64,000 bases of DNA from Acetobacterales bacterium (GTDB taxonomy: Bacteria; Pseudomonadota; Alphaproteobacteria; Acetobacterales; Acetobacteraceae), in contig JBBRWI010000001.1 in assembly GCA_038249305.1 (NCBI GenBank), positions 1,172 through 65,171 on the forward strand, in the 5' to 3' direction. This document shows positions 39,072-50,886 of this stretch, in pieces. The notes below the pieces were generated by a model. It ran no database searches. It saw only the letters and a program-made list of their open reading frames with translations, and had not been told where the DNA came from. The position numbers and the translations under genes are program-made. Every line of letters begins with the position of its first letter. The first letter of the stretch is position 1.

Positions 39072-40770
39072 GGGTCTCGGCCGCCCCCCCCGGATGCGTC
39101 ACGGCACCCAGATTGGCGGGCCCGACCAGCTGCGCATATTTCCACAGCGCCCCGGCGTTGTAGTCGGTGCCCCGCGGCTTCCAGGCGGCGCGGCGGGCGG
39201 CGATCTCAGCCTCCGGCACCAGCATGTCGATGGTGCCGAGGGCTGCGTCGATCACGATGCGATCGCCATTCTTCAGCAGCGCGATCGGGCCGCCGATCGC
39301 GGCTTCCGGCCCGACGTGGCCGACGCAGAAGCCGCGCGTGGCGCCGGAGAAGCGGCCATCGGTGATCAGCGCGACCTCACCGCCCATGCCCTGGCCGTAG
39401 ATGGCGGCGGTGGTGGACAGCATCTCCCGCATGCCGGGCCCACCCTTGGGGCCTTCGTAGCGGATGATGATGACGTCGCCCGGCTTGTAGGCGCGGGCAT
39501 CGACTGCCGCAAAAGCGTCTTCCTCGCAATCGAAGCACAGCGCCGTGCCCTCGAAGCGCAATTCGGTCATGCCGGCGACTTTGACGATGGCACCGTCGGG
39601 GGCGAGGTTGCCCTTGAGGCCAACGACGCCACCGGTCGGCGACAGCGGGTCCGACACCGGCCGGATCACGTCCTGGTCCTTCGGGAAGATCACGTCGCGG
39701 TGGTTCTCGGCCAGGGTCTTGCCGGTCACCGTCAGGCAATCGCCATGCAGCAGCCCCGCATCGAGCAGCGCCCGCACGATGATGGGAACGCCGCCGACCT
39801 TGAACACATCGAAAGCCACATAGCGTCCGCCGGGCTTGAGGTCGGCGATATAGGGGGTCCGGCGCATGATTTCGGCGACGTCCTGCAGGGTGAACTTGAT
39901 CCCCGCCTCATGCGCCATCGCCGGCAAATGCAGCGCGGCATTGGTCGAACCGCCCGTGGCGCCGACGATGATCGCGGCGTTTTCCAGCGACTTCATCGTC
40001 ACGATGTCGCGCGGGCGGATGTTCTTCTTCAGCAGTTCCATCACCGCCTTGCCCGATTCCACGGCCCAGCGGTCGCGGTCCTCGTAAGGCGCGGGGGCGC
40101 CGGCGGAATTGGTCAGGGCGAGGCCGATCGCCTCCGACACCGTCGCCATGGTGTTGGCGGTGAACTGCCCGCCGCAGGCCCCGGCCGAGGGACAGGCGAC
40201 GCATTCCAATTCGTGCAGGTCTTCGTCCGACATGTTGCCGGCTGCGTGCTGGCCCACGGCCTCGAACACATCGACGACGGTGACATCCTTCCCCTTGAAG
40301 GTGCCGGGCAGGATCGAGCCGCCGTACATGAACACGCTCGGCACGTTCAGCCGCAGCATGGCCATCATCATCCCCGGCAGCGACTTGTCGCAGCCGGCCA
40401 GCCCGACCAGCGCATCATAGCAATGGCCGCGCATGGTCAGTTCCACCGTGTCGGCGATGGCATCCCGACTGGCGAGGGACGACTTCATCCCCTGGTGACC
40501 CATGGCGATGCCGTCGGTGACCGTGATGGTGGTGAATTCGCGCGGGCTGCCGAAAGCCTGCTTGACGCCGATCTTCACGCTCTGCGCCTGGCGCGACAGC
40601 GCGATGTTGCAGGGGGCTGCTTCGTTCCAGCAGGTCGCGACGCCGACCAGCGGCTGGGCGATCTCCTCCTCGGTCATGCCCATGGCGTAGTAGTAGGAGC
40701 GATGCGGGGCGCGCGACGGACCGATGGTCACGTGGCGCGACGGCATGCGGGACTTGTCCCAGACGGTCAT
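39052..40770 (-). CDS. ilvD: Dihydroxy-acid dehydratase (IlvD/Edd family)
   Basis: ATG at 40770. Blocks APHRSYYYAMGM, CDKSLPGMMMA, and PSAGACGGQFTANTM. 572 aa. Confidence 0.8.
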   Translation of the reverse strand: MTVWDKSRMPSRHVTIGPSRAPHRSYYYAMGMTEEEIAQPLVGVATCWNEAAPCNIALSRQAQSVKIGVKQAFGSPREFTTITVTDGIAMGHQGMKSSLASRDAIADTVELTMRGHCYDALVGLAGCDKSLPGMMMAMLRLNVPSVFMYGGSILPGTFKGKDVTVVDVFEAVGQHAAGNMSDEDLHELECVACPSAGACGGQFTANTMATVSEAIGLALTNSAGAPAPYEDRDRWAVESGKAVMELLKKNIRPRDIVTMKSLENAAIIVGATGGSTNAALHLPAMAHEAGIKFTLQDVAEIMRRTPYIADLKPGGRYVAFDVFKVGGVPIIVRALLDAGLLHGDCLTVTGKTLAENHRDVIFPKDQDVIRPVSDPLSPTGGVVGLKGNLAPDGAIVKVAGMTELRFEGTALCFDCEEDAFAAVDARAYKPGDVIIIRYEGPKGGPGMREMLSTTAAIYGQGMGGEVALITDGRFSGATRGFCVGHVGPEAAIGGPIALLKNGDRIVIDAALGTIDMLVPEAEIAARRAAWKPRGTDYNAGALWKYAQLVGPANLGAVTHPGGAAETHVYADI

Positions 40771-40790
40771 TGTTTGGCGTTCCCTTGTGG

Positions 40791-43526
<2,736 letters not shown>

Positions 43527-43750
43527 GGGTCGCATCCCTGTGGCGCGGCGCGTCCCGCGTCAAGGGCAGGGTACGCCATGGGCCGCACCGGATCGTGGCG
43601 CAGATCCGTCACGCCCATGGTGGGCGGCAGGCAGCGGTAAGACGCCCGCGCCAGGGTCCTGCGCCAAGCCAGGAGGCGGCTGACCGCCCCCTTCGGAACC
43701 AGGACCGATCGGCCGCGGGGATCAGGCCAGGAACCGCCCCCGCCAGCCCG

Positions 43751-44296
43751 CTATTGCGGTGGCGCTCGCCGCCAGACTGTCTGGAGGGTCATGCCATTCG
43801 GCGTCCTCGGGTTGCTGCACGCAAGCTCGGTCGCGGTCAACACGGTGACGATCCGCCGTTGTGCCGGCCCGCCCAGCAGGTTCGCATAGGTGCTGCCCCC
43901 AAGCGTGAGGGATTTGCCGGCCTCATCGACAGCATAGGTGCCGAAGTAGGCGATCGAGTCCCGGACGACCGTCATGGCCTCCTCCGGGGTCGCGCGGGCG
44001 CGGTCGTTTGCCGCCAGGCGGGGAATGTCCGCCTGCGACTGGAACAGGCTGAAGTGGCCGTCGCGGGAGAACATCATGATGCCCTTCGGGGTGGCGCCGA
44101 ATGGCTCGCCTCGGATGCCACCCTCCCGCTCGCTCACCACCGAGACCAGGCTCCACACGCCAACGATCACATCAGCGATCATTGGCGCCTGCGCTGCGGC
44201 CGGCCTTGCTGGAAGACACGAAAAACCCAGCAGGATCGCTGCGGGCAGGCCCAAGCCAGTCCGACGACGCATTACATCGTCCTTAAGCCACGCCAT
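43751..44296 (-). CDS. Secreted lipocalin-like domain protein
   Basis: Signal peptide, then VGVWSLVSVVSERE...PKGIMMFSRDGHF...YFGTY, typical of the lipocalin-like (Lipocalin_5) family. Confidence 0.6.
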   Translation of the reverse strand: MAWLKDDVMRRRTGLGLPAAILLGFSCLPARPAAAQAPMIADVIVGVWSLVSVVSEREGGIRGEPFGATPKGIMMFSRDGHFSLFQSQADIPRLAANDRARATPEEAMTVVRDSIAYFGTYAVDEAGKSLTLGGSTYANLLGGPAQRRIVTVLTATELACSNPRTPNGMTLQTVWRRAPPQ

Positions 44297-44425
44297 GGGG
44301 CGGTGACTAATTATTCATGGAAAGCGAATGACGCTGCAAGGACGAAAGACGCCGACCCGCAGCGTTTGTACCTGACGCGCCTAAAGGCTCTCCCTGGCGC
44401 CCGGCGATTCGGCCCGCAGCCTGCC

Positions 44426-45079
44426 TCAGGGCAGCGACCGCCCGACGACGCGCTCGATTTCCACGCGCACCAGGCGTTCGACCAGCGGCGGCAGGTTGGT
44501 GTCGAGCCAGGCCTTCAGCAGCGGCCGCAGTTCTTCCCGCACCACATCTTCGATGCTGGGGCCGCCGCGATGGACCGGGGAATGGCGTTCGGCCGCGACG
44601 GCGCGGGCCAGGCTGCCGAGCGAGGCCGCCGCCGCGGCGGCGACGGCAGGGGCGACCAGGGCGGAGAGGTCGGCCGCGGGGGGGTAGTTGGCCACGGTTG
44701 GAAGCGCCGGCGGTTCTGGCGCGGCTGCGGGCGTTTCGGGTGCGGGCGCTGCGAGCATCGCCGCCGCCGCCATAGGTGGCGGGGCGGGTTCGGCCATCGC
44801 CAGCGGGGCCGCCATAGGTTGCGGGGCGGGTTCGGCCATCGCCAACGGGGCCGCCATGGGTGGCGGGGCGGGTTCGGCCATCGCCAGCGGGGCCGCATCA
44901 GCGACCGGCGGGGCATCGTCCAGCAGCATATCGGCGGTCAGCGCGTAGGGTGCTGGCGCCGGCGTGTCCGGTGGCGTGGCCGCCTCATCCTCGTTCAGGA
45001 TCTTGCGGATGGAGGCCAGGATGTCCTCCATCGTCGGATCGGCCCCGCCGGGCGCCGGTTCGCCCTGGCCGCCGCTCAT
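44426..45079 (-). CDS. popZ: PopZ-like polar organising protein (DUF2497)
   Basis: The N-terminal helix TMEDILASIRKILNEDE and the C-terminus IEDVVREELRPLLKAWLDTNLPPLVERLVRVEIERV match my recollection of Caulobacter PopZ. The linker is Pro/Ala-rich. Confidence 0.8.
   Translation of the reverse strand: MSGGQGEPAPGGADPTMEDILASIRKILNEDEAATPPDTPAPAPYALTADMLLDDAPPVADAAPLAMAEPAPPPMAAPLAMAEPAPQPMAAPLAMAEPAPPPMAAAAMLAAPAPETPAAAPEPPALPTVANYPPAADLSALVAPAVAAAAAASLGSLARAVAAERHSPVHRGGPSIEDVVREELRPLLKAWLDTNLPPLVERLVRVEIERVVGRSLP
44769..44894. repeat. 3 x 42-bp tandem repeat inside the PopZ-like linker
   Basis: Units are 44769-44810, 44811-44852 and 44853-44894. They differ at 1-3 positions and encode PLAMAEPAP(P/Q)PMAA three times. 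Confidence 0.9.
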
Positions 45080-46602
45080 GGCGTCGCGGCCTGGCGCGGC
45101 GACAGGCCGCGCACGGGGTTGGCCGCCGTCGCCGCCTGGGCCGCCGCGACCTGCTCCGCCGGCGCGTAGAAGCCCGCCCAGCGGTTCCGCACCGCGTTGT
45201 AATACGCCGTCATGTCGTACATCTGCACCGGCAGGGCCAGGTCGAAGGCGGTCAGTCGTCCGACCGAACTCGCCAGCGCGTGGCTGGCATTGACCACCGA
45301 TGTCAGCGCCCGCACCAGCGACACGCGGGCATTCAGCAGTTCCTGTTCGGCGTTCAGCACGTCGAGCGTGGTGCGGCTGCCGACAATGGCCTCGCGCTGA
45401 ACGCCGTCGAGGGCGATTTCCTGCGCCCGGATCTGCGACCGAGTCGCATCGACCGCGGCCCGCGTGCTGGCCAGCGTGGCCCAGGCCGAGTTGGCGGCCT
45501 GCACCGCCGCCCGGCGCTGCTCATCGACCACCGACCGCGCCCGCACCGCATCCTGCCGCGCCGCGCGCACGGCCGCATATTCGGCGCCGCCCTGGTACAG
45601 CGGCACGGTCACGCTGGCGGTCACCTGGTTGCCGGTGAGCCGGGAACCAGGCGCATTGGTGTTGTCGTTGCGGAAGGTGGTGGCGTTCAGCGACGCCTGG
45701 GGCAACAGCGCCGCAGCCTGCACATCGACGAAATCGCGGGCCGCGGCCTCGTCGAACAGCGCCGAGAGGACCTGCGGGTTGTTGTTGGAAGCCGCGGTCG
45801 CGGCCTCGGTCGCGGAACGGGCCGCCGCGGTCAGCGGTTGCGGCGCGGTCAGCCGGGCCGGGGCGATGCCGATGACGCGCTCGAAGATGGCGCGGGCCGA
45901 TTGCAACTGGCCTTGGCTATCGGCCAGGGTCGCGCGCGCCCCGGCCAGGCGCGATTCCGCCTGGGCCACGTCGGTGCGGGTGATTTCGCCGACGCGGAAG
46001 CGTTCGTTGGTCGCCTCCAACTGGCGCAACAGCACCTGCACGTTGTTGACGTTGAGGCGCACCTCCTCCTGGAAGCGGATCACGCCGACGTAGGCGGTGA
46101 TGGTATCGCCCAGCGCCTGCTGTTCGATCGCCAGCACCCGCGCCCGCTGCGCCAGTACCTGGTTTTCCGCCCGCCGGGTCTGCGATGTGGTGCGCCCGCC
46201 GCGATACAGCGGCTGGGAGATGGTGCCCTGCAACGAATAGGGGTCGCGGTCGGGTTGCGAATAAAGCCCGACCTGCTGGCCGTTGATCGTGGCGCGCGAC
46301 CGCGCATTGGCGTCGAACACGGTCCCGGCCGACCCGGCGACGGATACCGTCGGCCGCCAGCCGGCCAGGGCCTGGGGCACGTTTTCATCGACCACGCGCA
46401 GCTGTGCACGGGCGCTCTGCAGGTTCGGGTTGCTGGCATAGGTATTGGCCATCGCTTCCTGCAGCGTCTGGCCCCGGGCGGCGGGGGCCGCCAGCAGCAC
46501 CGCGGCCAGCAGTGCGGTCGCCGCCAGCGGCACCTGCACCGCGGCAACATCCCAGATCCTGGCCTTCGGGATCCTGGCAGTCGGGCAAGTGGAAACCGGC
46601 AT
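45076..46602 (-). CDS. tolC: TolC-family outer-membrane channel
   Basis: Signal peptide, then QTLQEAMANTYASNPNLQSARAQLR and duplicated coiled-coil halves. The likely ATG is at 46602 and the stop overlaps the popZ-like ATG. Confidence 0.85.
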   Translation of the reverse strand: MPVSTCPTARIPKARIWDVAAVQVPLAATALLAAVLLAAPAARGQTLQEAMANTYASNPNLQSARAQLRVVDENVPQALAGWRPTVSVAGSAGTVFDANARSRATINGQQVGLYSQPDRDPYSLQGTISQPLYRGGRTTSQTRRAENQVLAQRARVLAIEQQALGDTITAYVGVIRFQEEVRLNVNNVQVLLRQLEATNERFRVGEITRTDVAQAESRLAGARATLADSQGQLQSARAIFERVIGIAPARLTAPQPLTAAARSATEAATAASNNNPQVLSALFDEAAARDFVDVQAAALLPQASLNATTFRNDNTNAPGSRLTGNQVTASVTVPLYQGGAEYAAVRAARQDAVRARSVVDEQRRAAVQAANSAWATLASTRAAVDATRSQIRAQEIALDGVQREAIVGSRTTLDVLNAEQELLNARVSLVRALTSVVNASHALASSVGRLTAFDLALPVQMYDMTAYYNAVRNRWAGFYAPAEQVAAAQAATAANPVRGLSPRQAATP

Positions 46603-46636
46603 GGAGGCCTCTCTGGCTTTGAGAATCACGAGCGCA

Positions 46637-47356
46637 TCAGAACACAAAACCGGACATCGGCGCGAACCCGGGCAATGCTAGCGTGGCGCAGTCGAATTGA
46701 TCCACCATGCCGAAGCCGGCACCGACCCGGCGCCCGAGCACCGCGCGTGGGCCCTTTTGCGGCTCCACCAGCACGGCGGCGATCCGCCCGCTCTCGGCCA
46801 GTTGCAGGGTCAGCGCTGCCGGCAGCGCCGGCACCGCGCCTTCGACCAGAATGGCCTCATAGGGGCCGGCCGCTGCTTCGCCCTCGGCCGGCGGGGCCTG
46901 CACCAGGCGCACCGCAGCGGGGGCAGTCAGCGCCGCCAGCACCGGGCGGGCGATCGCGAGCATCAGCGGATCGGACTCGACCGCGACGACGGTGGCGCCA
47001 AGCCCGGCCAGCACGGCCGCGCCATAGCCGGTGCCGGCACCGGCCACCAGAACCCGGTCGCCCGGCCGCACAGCGAGAGACTGGATCAGCCGGGCGAGGA
47101 TGCGGGGCTCCATCAGCCCGCGGCCGGCGAAACGCACGTCCTCGTCCAGATAGGCGCGGGCGGACATGGCCTGCGGCAGAAAGGCCTCGCGCGGCAGCGC
47201 ACCCATAACGGCCAGAAGGCGCTGATCGGTCACGCGGTTCGGCCGCAACTGACCATCCACCATGAACTTGCGCGCCGCCGCGAAAGCCCCGGCATCGGCC
47301 CTGGCCCCGGCAACAGCTGGTGCAGCGGTCACCGGCACGTCCATCACCCGATCCAT
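46637..47356 (-). CDS. pcm: Protein-L-isoaspartate O-methyltransferase
   Basis: FMVDGQLRPNRVTDQRLL..., SAM motif VLVAGAGTGYGAAVLA. ATG at 47356. The longer track ORF overlaps tRNA-Cys. Confidence 0.8.
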   Translation of the reverse strand: MDRVMDVPVTAAPAVAGARADAGAFAAARKFMVDGQLRPNRVTDQRLLAVMGALPREAFLPQAMSARAYLDEDVRFAGRGLMEPRILARLIQSLAVRPGDRVLVAGAGTGYGAAVLAGLGATVVAVESDPLMLAIARPVLAALTAPAAVRLVQAPPAEGEAAAGPYEAILVEGAVPALPAALTLQLAESGRIAAVLVEPQKGPRAVLGRRVGAGFGMVDQFDCATLALPGFAPMSGFVF

Positions 47357-47525
47357 GCGGCCCCATCCATGCTGCGCCGCATCGTTATAGGGCGCCCCCC
47401 GGCCCCGGCAAAGCGCACAGCACAACCTATCTGGCCGGGGCCGCGCCGGTGCTGCGACTTGACCCCACCCCTGCGGCGCTGGATACAGCCCCCGCACAGG
47501 TTGCCCCGTCGGGGCGCCAGCGTGC

Positions 47526-47596
47526 GGTCCGGTGGCCGAGTGGTCAGGCAAGGGTCTGCAAAACCCTCCACGGCGGTTCGATTCCGCCTCGGACCT
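47526..47596 (+). tRNA. tRNA-Cys (anticodon GCA)
   Basis: Acceptor GGTCCGG/TCGGACC, anticodon arm AGGGT-CTGCAAA-ACCCT, T-arm GGCGG-TTCGATT-CCGCC and discriminator U. CCA is not encoded. Confidence 0.8.
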
Positions 47597-47693
47597 TATC
47601 TCCTGGTGGTTCTGCGCCACGCATTGGCAAGTTTTTGCCCCGGGGGCCTTTTCCCTGGGCGGTGCCGATGCTAAGTGGCGCGCCCGCGCATGA

Positions 47694-47769
47694 TCCCTGA
47701 TAGCTCAGCTGGTAGAGCACGCGACTGTTAATCGCTAGGTCGTTGGTTCGAGTCCAACTCGGGGAGCCA
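47694..47769 (+). tRNA. tRNA-Asn (anticodon GUU)
   Basis: TCCCTGATAGCTCAGCTGGTAGAGC..., anticodon loop CTGTTAA, T-arm GGTTCGAGTCC and encoded CCA. Confidence 0.9.
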
Positions 47770-47797
47770 GTTTTGCCGCGGACCTGAAAAGCTTGCC

Positions 47798-47834
47798 AAA
47801 AAGGGGGGCGCGTCGCAGGACGCGCCCCTTTTTT
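47798..47834. terminator. Bidirectional rho-independent terminator
   Basis: AAAAA, then a 10-bp stem GGGGCGCGTC/GACGCGCCCC with a 4-nt loop, then TTTTTT. It lies between tRNA-Asn (+) and the phnM paralogue (-). Confidence 0.85.
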
Positions 47835-48989
47835 CTATCCGACCCGCCCCGCCGCCATCGGCGCGACATAGGCCAGCCGGCCCCTGGCAAACACCGCCAC
47901 CACGCTGCGCGCCGCCGGGTCCATCACCACCACATCGCCGCGCAGCCCCGTCGCCAGCCGCCCTCGGTCGGCCAGCCCCAGGGCCGCGGCCGGATTGGCC
48001 GATACCAACGCCCAGGCGGCGGCCAGGTCCAGCACCCCCCGATCGGCCAGAAGGAACGGCGCCAGCGGCAGCGCCGGCCAGACATAATCGCTCGCCAGCA
48101 CGGTCACGAGACCGCGTTCGGCAAGCGGTGCAGCACTGGCCCAGCCGAGGTGGCTGCCGCCCCGCACCACGTTCGGCGCGCCCATCACGACCGGTTCGCC
48201 CTGCGCCCGGGCTTCGGCGGCGACCGCCTCCGCCATCGGGAATTCGCAGACGCGGGCGCCGAGGGCGCGAAACGCCGCCCGTTCGGCCAGGGTCGCGTCG
48301 TCGTGGCTCAGCATCGGCACCCCCGCGGCGCGGCAGGCATCGGCCATGCGGGCGCGCGCGGCCGTAACCTCCGGCCGCATCGCGCCCGCGCGTTCGGCCA
48401 GCCCCGCGAAGGCCTCGGGCGAAACGCCCGCCCGCCCGGCATATTTCGACACCTGCACCGGATCACACAGCCGCTTGAGGATCGACGGCGTGTGGTCGTT
48501 GAACCCGAGGATGGCGATCCGCCCCGCGGCGATCGCCGCCAGGGCTTCGGGCATCGCATCGAGGTTGTCGGCCTCGAAGCGCAGATGGATCAGCAGGTCG
48601 CCCGGGGTCGCCGTACGCGCCGCGTCCAGTGCGGCGTCGATGGCCCGGAACGCCGCCAACGACCGAAGCCCCGGCTCCCACGACAGGGTGACACCGAGGC
48701 AGGCCGTGGTGATCCCGCAGGACAGCACCTGGCGGGCGGTATCGGCCAGCGCGAAGGGGGCCGCCAGATCGACCCCCGGACGGGGTTGCAGGCTGCGTTC
48801 ATGGGCATCGCCGTGGATATCGACGATGCCGGGCAGCACCAGCAGCCCCGCGGCGTCGAAGCGCCGCGCCCCCGGCACGAAGCCATCCGCGACCTTGGCA
48901 TCGGCCAGGAACAGATCCCCCGGCGCCATCGCGCCGTCCCGCAGCACCTGGCCATCGGCCAGCCGCCACCCACGCAGATCACCACTCAT
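47835..48989 (-). CDS. PhnM-family amidohydrolase, divergent second paralogue
   Basis: ATG at 48989. LPGIVDIHGDAHE, SHDDAT, GAPNVVRGGSH and LASDYVWP blocks parallel the PhnM at 54216..55349. Confidence 0.75.
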   Translation of the reverse strand: MSGDLRGWRLADGQVLRDGAMAPGDLFLADAKVADGFVPGARRFDAAGLLVLPGIVDIHGDAHERSLQPRPGVDLAAPFALADTARQVLSCGITTACLGVTLSWEPGLRSLAAFRAIDAALDAARTATPGDLLIHLRFEADNLDAMPEALAAIAAGRIAILGFNDHTPSILKRLCDPVQVSKYAGRAGVSPEAFAGLAERAGAMRPEVTAARARMADACRAAGVPMLSHDDATLAERAAFRALGARVCEFPMAEAVAAEARAQGEPVVMGAPNVVRGGSHLGWASAAPLAERGLVTVLASDYVWPALPLAPFLLADRGVLDLAAAWALVSANPAAALGLADRGRLATGLRGDVVVMDPAARSVVAVFARGRLAYVAPMAAGRVG

Positions 48990-48994
48990 GCCGC

Positions 48995-49774
48995 TCAGCT
49001 CTCCACCACCAACTGCACCCGATGCGCGGCATAGCGCGAATGCGTGACATCCACAGGCACGCCGTCGAGGTCCACGTTGATCGCCTCGGTCAGGATCACC
49101 GGCTGGGCGCGGGCCATGCGCAAGGCCTCGGCTTCCTCGGCGGTCGGCAGGCGGGCGCTGATGCGGGTGGACAGGCGGCGATAGTCGGCCACGCCGCAAC
49201 CGGCCATGGCGGCGGTGATCGAGGCGTCGTGCGCCAGCAGTGCTGCGGCCGCGGCGAAACGCGGCAGCGGGAAATGGTGGGTGCCGATCAGCACCGGGCG
49301 GTTGTCGGCCAGGGCCAGGCGTTCCACCCGCAGCACCGGGCGGCCGGTTCGGATGCGCAGGGCCTCGGCGATCGCGGCCTCGGCCGGGATTTCCTGGATT
49401 TGTCGCAGCACCCCGGCCGGTTCGCGGTTCTGCCGGCGGATGGTTTCGGAAAATCGGGTGCGGGCGCCGAGCGGATAATCCAGCACATCCTCGGTCACGA
49501 AGGAGCCGCGACCCTGCTCGATGCGGACCAGTCCGCGGCTCTCCAGCGCCTCCATGGCGCGGCGGACGGTATGGCGGTTGACGGAGAACACCGCCGACAG
49601 CATCGCCTCGGTCGGCAGGCGGTCGCCCGGGGGGCGATGTCCCGCGCGGATGTCCGCCTCCATCCGGGCCGCGATCTGCCGCCAGAGCGCGATGCCGCCG
49701 CCGCGCGCCAGGGTGACCGGCGGCGCAAGCAACGGGGCCGGGGCCATGCGGTCCGTCATCGAGATTTCATCCAT
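48995..49774 (-). CDS. phnF: GntR/HutC-family phosphonate utilisation regulator
   Basis: Winged-helix LPTEAMLSAVFSVNRHTVRRAMEALESRGLVRIEQGRGSFV followed by a UTRA-like C-terminal domain. Divergent from phnG. Start at 49774 or 49759. Confidence 0.85.
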   Translation of the reverse strand: MDEISMTDRMAPAPLLAPPVTLARGGGIALWRQIAARMEADIRAGHRPPGDRLPTEAMLSAVFSVNRHTVRRAMEALESRGLVRIEQGRGSFVTEDVLDYPLGARTRFSETIRRQNREPAGVLRQIQEIPAEAAIAEALRIRTGRPVLRVERLALADNRPVLIGTHHFPLPRFAAAAALLAHDASITAAMAGCGVADYRRLSTRISARLPTAEEAEALRMARAQPVILTEAINVDLDGVPVDVTHSRYAAHRVQLVVES

Positions 49775-49831
49775 GAAAAGACCGTCTGGTGGCATTGGGT
49801 GGCTTGACGGTAACCGACCGAATATCCGAAT

Positions 49832-49839
49832 GTCTAGAC
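49832..49839. promoter_or_regulatory. Candidate PhnF (HutC-type) operator GTCTAGAC
   Basis: Perfect 8-bp palindrome fitting the GT-n-TA-n-AC signature of HutC-subfamily operators. It lies 10 nt upstream of the phnG ATG in the phnF/phnG divergent region. Confidence 0.4.
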
Positions 49840-49849
49840 CATTAAAGCC

Positions 49850-50308
49850 ATGCCAGATCATTCTCCCCCCCCCGCCGACACCAGCCTTCGCCGCCATTGG
49901 ATGGCCGTGCTCGCACGCGCCGATGCCGCGGCCATCGCGGCCCTGATCCCCGAGCCGCTGCCGGGCCACGCGCGGCTGCGCGGGCCGGAGACGGGGCTGG
50001 TCATGCTGCGCGGCCGCGCCGGCGGCGATGGCGCGCCCTTCAACCTGGGCGAGGCGACGGCCACCCGCTGTTCCGTGCGCCTGGCCGATGGCGGGGTCGG
50101 CCATGCCTGGCGCCTGGGCCGCGATGGGGCGGCGGCCGAGACCTCGGCCGTGCTGGATGCGCTGTTGCAGGACCCGTTGCGGCAGGCGGCGCTGCTCGAT
50201 GCGGTGATCGCACCCCTGGCGGCGGAACAGGCCGCGGCCGCCGCCCTGCTGGCGCGGCGTGCCGAGGCCACGCGGGTCAACTTCTTCACGATGGCAGCAA
50301 TGAGATGA
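49850..50308 (+). CDS. phnG: C-P lyase core complex subunit PhnG
   Basis: 152 aa. Position and the LRGPETGLVMLRGRAGGDGAPFNLGEATATR block are typical of PhnG. Confidence 0.85.
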   Translation: MPDHSPPPADTSLRRHWMAVLARADAAAIAALIPEPLPGHARLRGPETGLVMLRGRAGGDGAPFNLGEATATRCSVRLADGGVGHAWRLGRDGAAAETSAVLDALLQDPLRQAALLDAVIAPLAAEQAAAAALLARRAEATRVNFFTMAAMR

Positions 50309-50883
50309 ACGCCGCCGATGGCCTGCTGCCCGCCTTCGCGCATCCGGTGTTCGGTGCCCAGGCGGCGTTTCGCGCCGTGCTGGCGGCGCTGGCCGAACCG
50401 GGCACGCTGCACGTGGCGGGGATTGGCCTTGCCCCCCCTGCCCCGATGATGCCGGCCGCCGCCGCCGTGCTGTTGGCGCTGGCCGATGCCGATACCGGCC
50501 TGCGCCACGATGCCGGCCCGGTCGCCGACGCCTTCCTGCGTTTTCATTGCGGCGCGCCGGATGCAGCGCTCGGGGACGCCATTTTTGTGCTGGCGACCGG
50601 GGCGATGCCGCGCCTCGCGCAACTGGCGCGCGGCACGGATGAGGTGCCCTCGGCCGGGGCGACGCTGGTCGTGCAGGTGCAGGCCCTGTCCAACGATCCG
50701 GGCTTCCGCCTGACCGGCCCCGGCATCCTGGGCGCGCGGTCCCTGCATGTCCGGGGCCTGCCGGCCGATTTCGCGGCACAATGGGTGGCAAGCCGGCGCG
50801 ATTTCCCGCGCGGTGTCGATGTCGTGCTCTGCGCCGGCACGACCATCGCAGCCCTGCCCCGTTCCGTGACGCTGGAGGCCTGA
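50305..50883 (+). CDS. phnH: C-P lyase core complex subunit PhnH
   Basis: ATG at 50305 overlaps the phnG stop (ATGA). FAHPVFGAQAAFRAVLAALAEPG is typical of PhnH. Confidence 0.85.
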   Translation: MNAADGLLPAFAHPVFGAQAAFRAVLAALAEPGTLHVAGIGLAPPAPMMPAAAAVLLALADADTGLRHDAGPVADAFLRFHCGAPDAALGDAIFVLATGAMPRLAQLARGTDEVPSAGATLVVQVQALSNDPGFRLTGPGILGARSLHVRGLPADFAAQWVASRRDFPRGVDVVLCAGTTIAALPRSVTLEA

Positions 50884-50886
50884 GCC

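Noticed and set aside
36798-40770. IlvD-family dehydratase, SDR and aldehyde dehydrogenase read as a non-phosphorylative pentonate (Weimberg/Dahms-like) pathway.
   Set aside because: The dehydratase looks like a bona fide short-form dihydroxy-acid dehydratase. It sits directly after valS, and no sugar dehydrogenase, lactonase, KDP dehydratase or transporter is present. The linkage may be incidental and cannot be decided without phylogeny.
44769-44894. The regularly spaced 42-bp repeats considered as a possible CRISPR-like array.
   Set aside because: The repeats are contiguous with no spacers. They are in frame inside the PopZ-like coding sequence and encode a repeated peptide.
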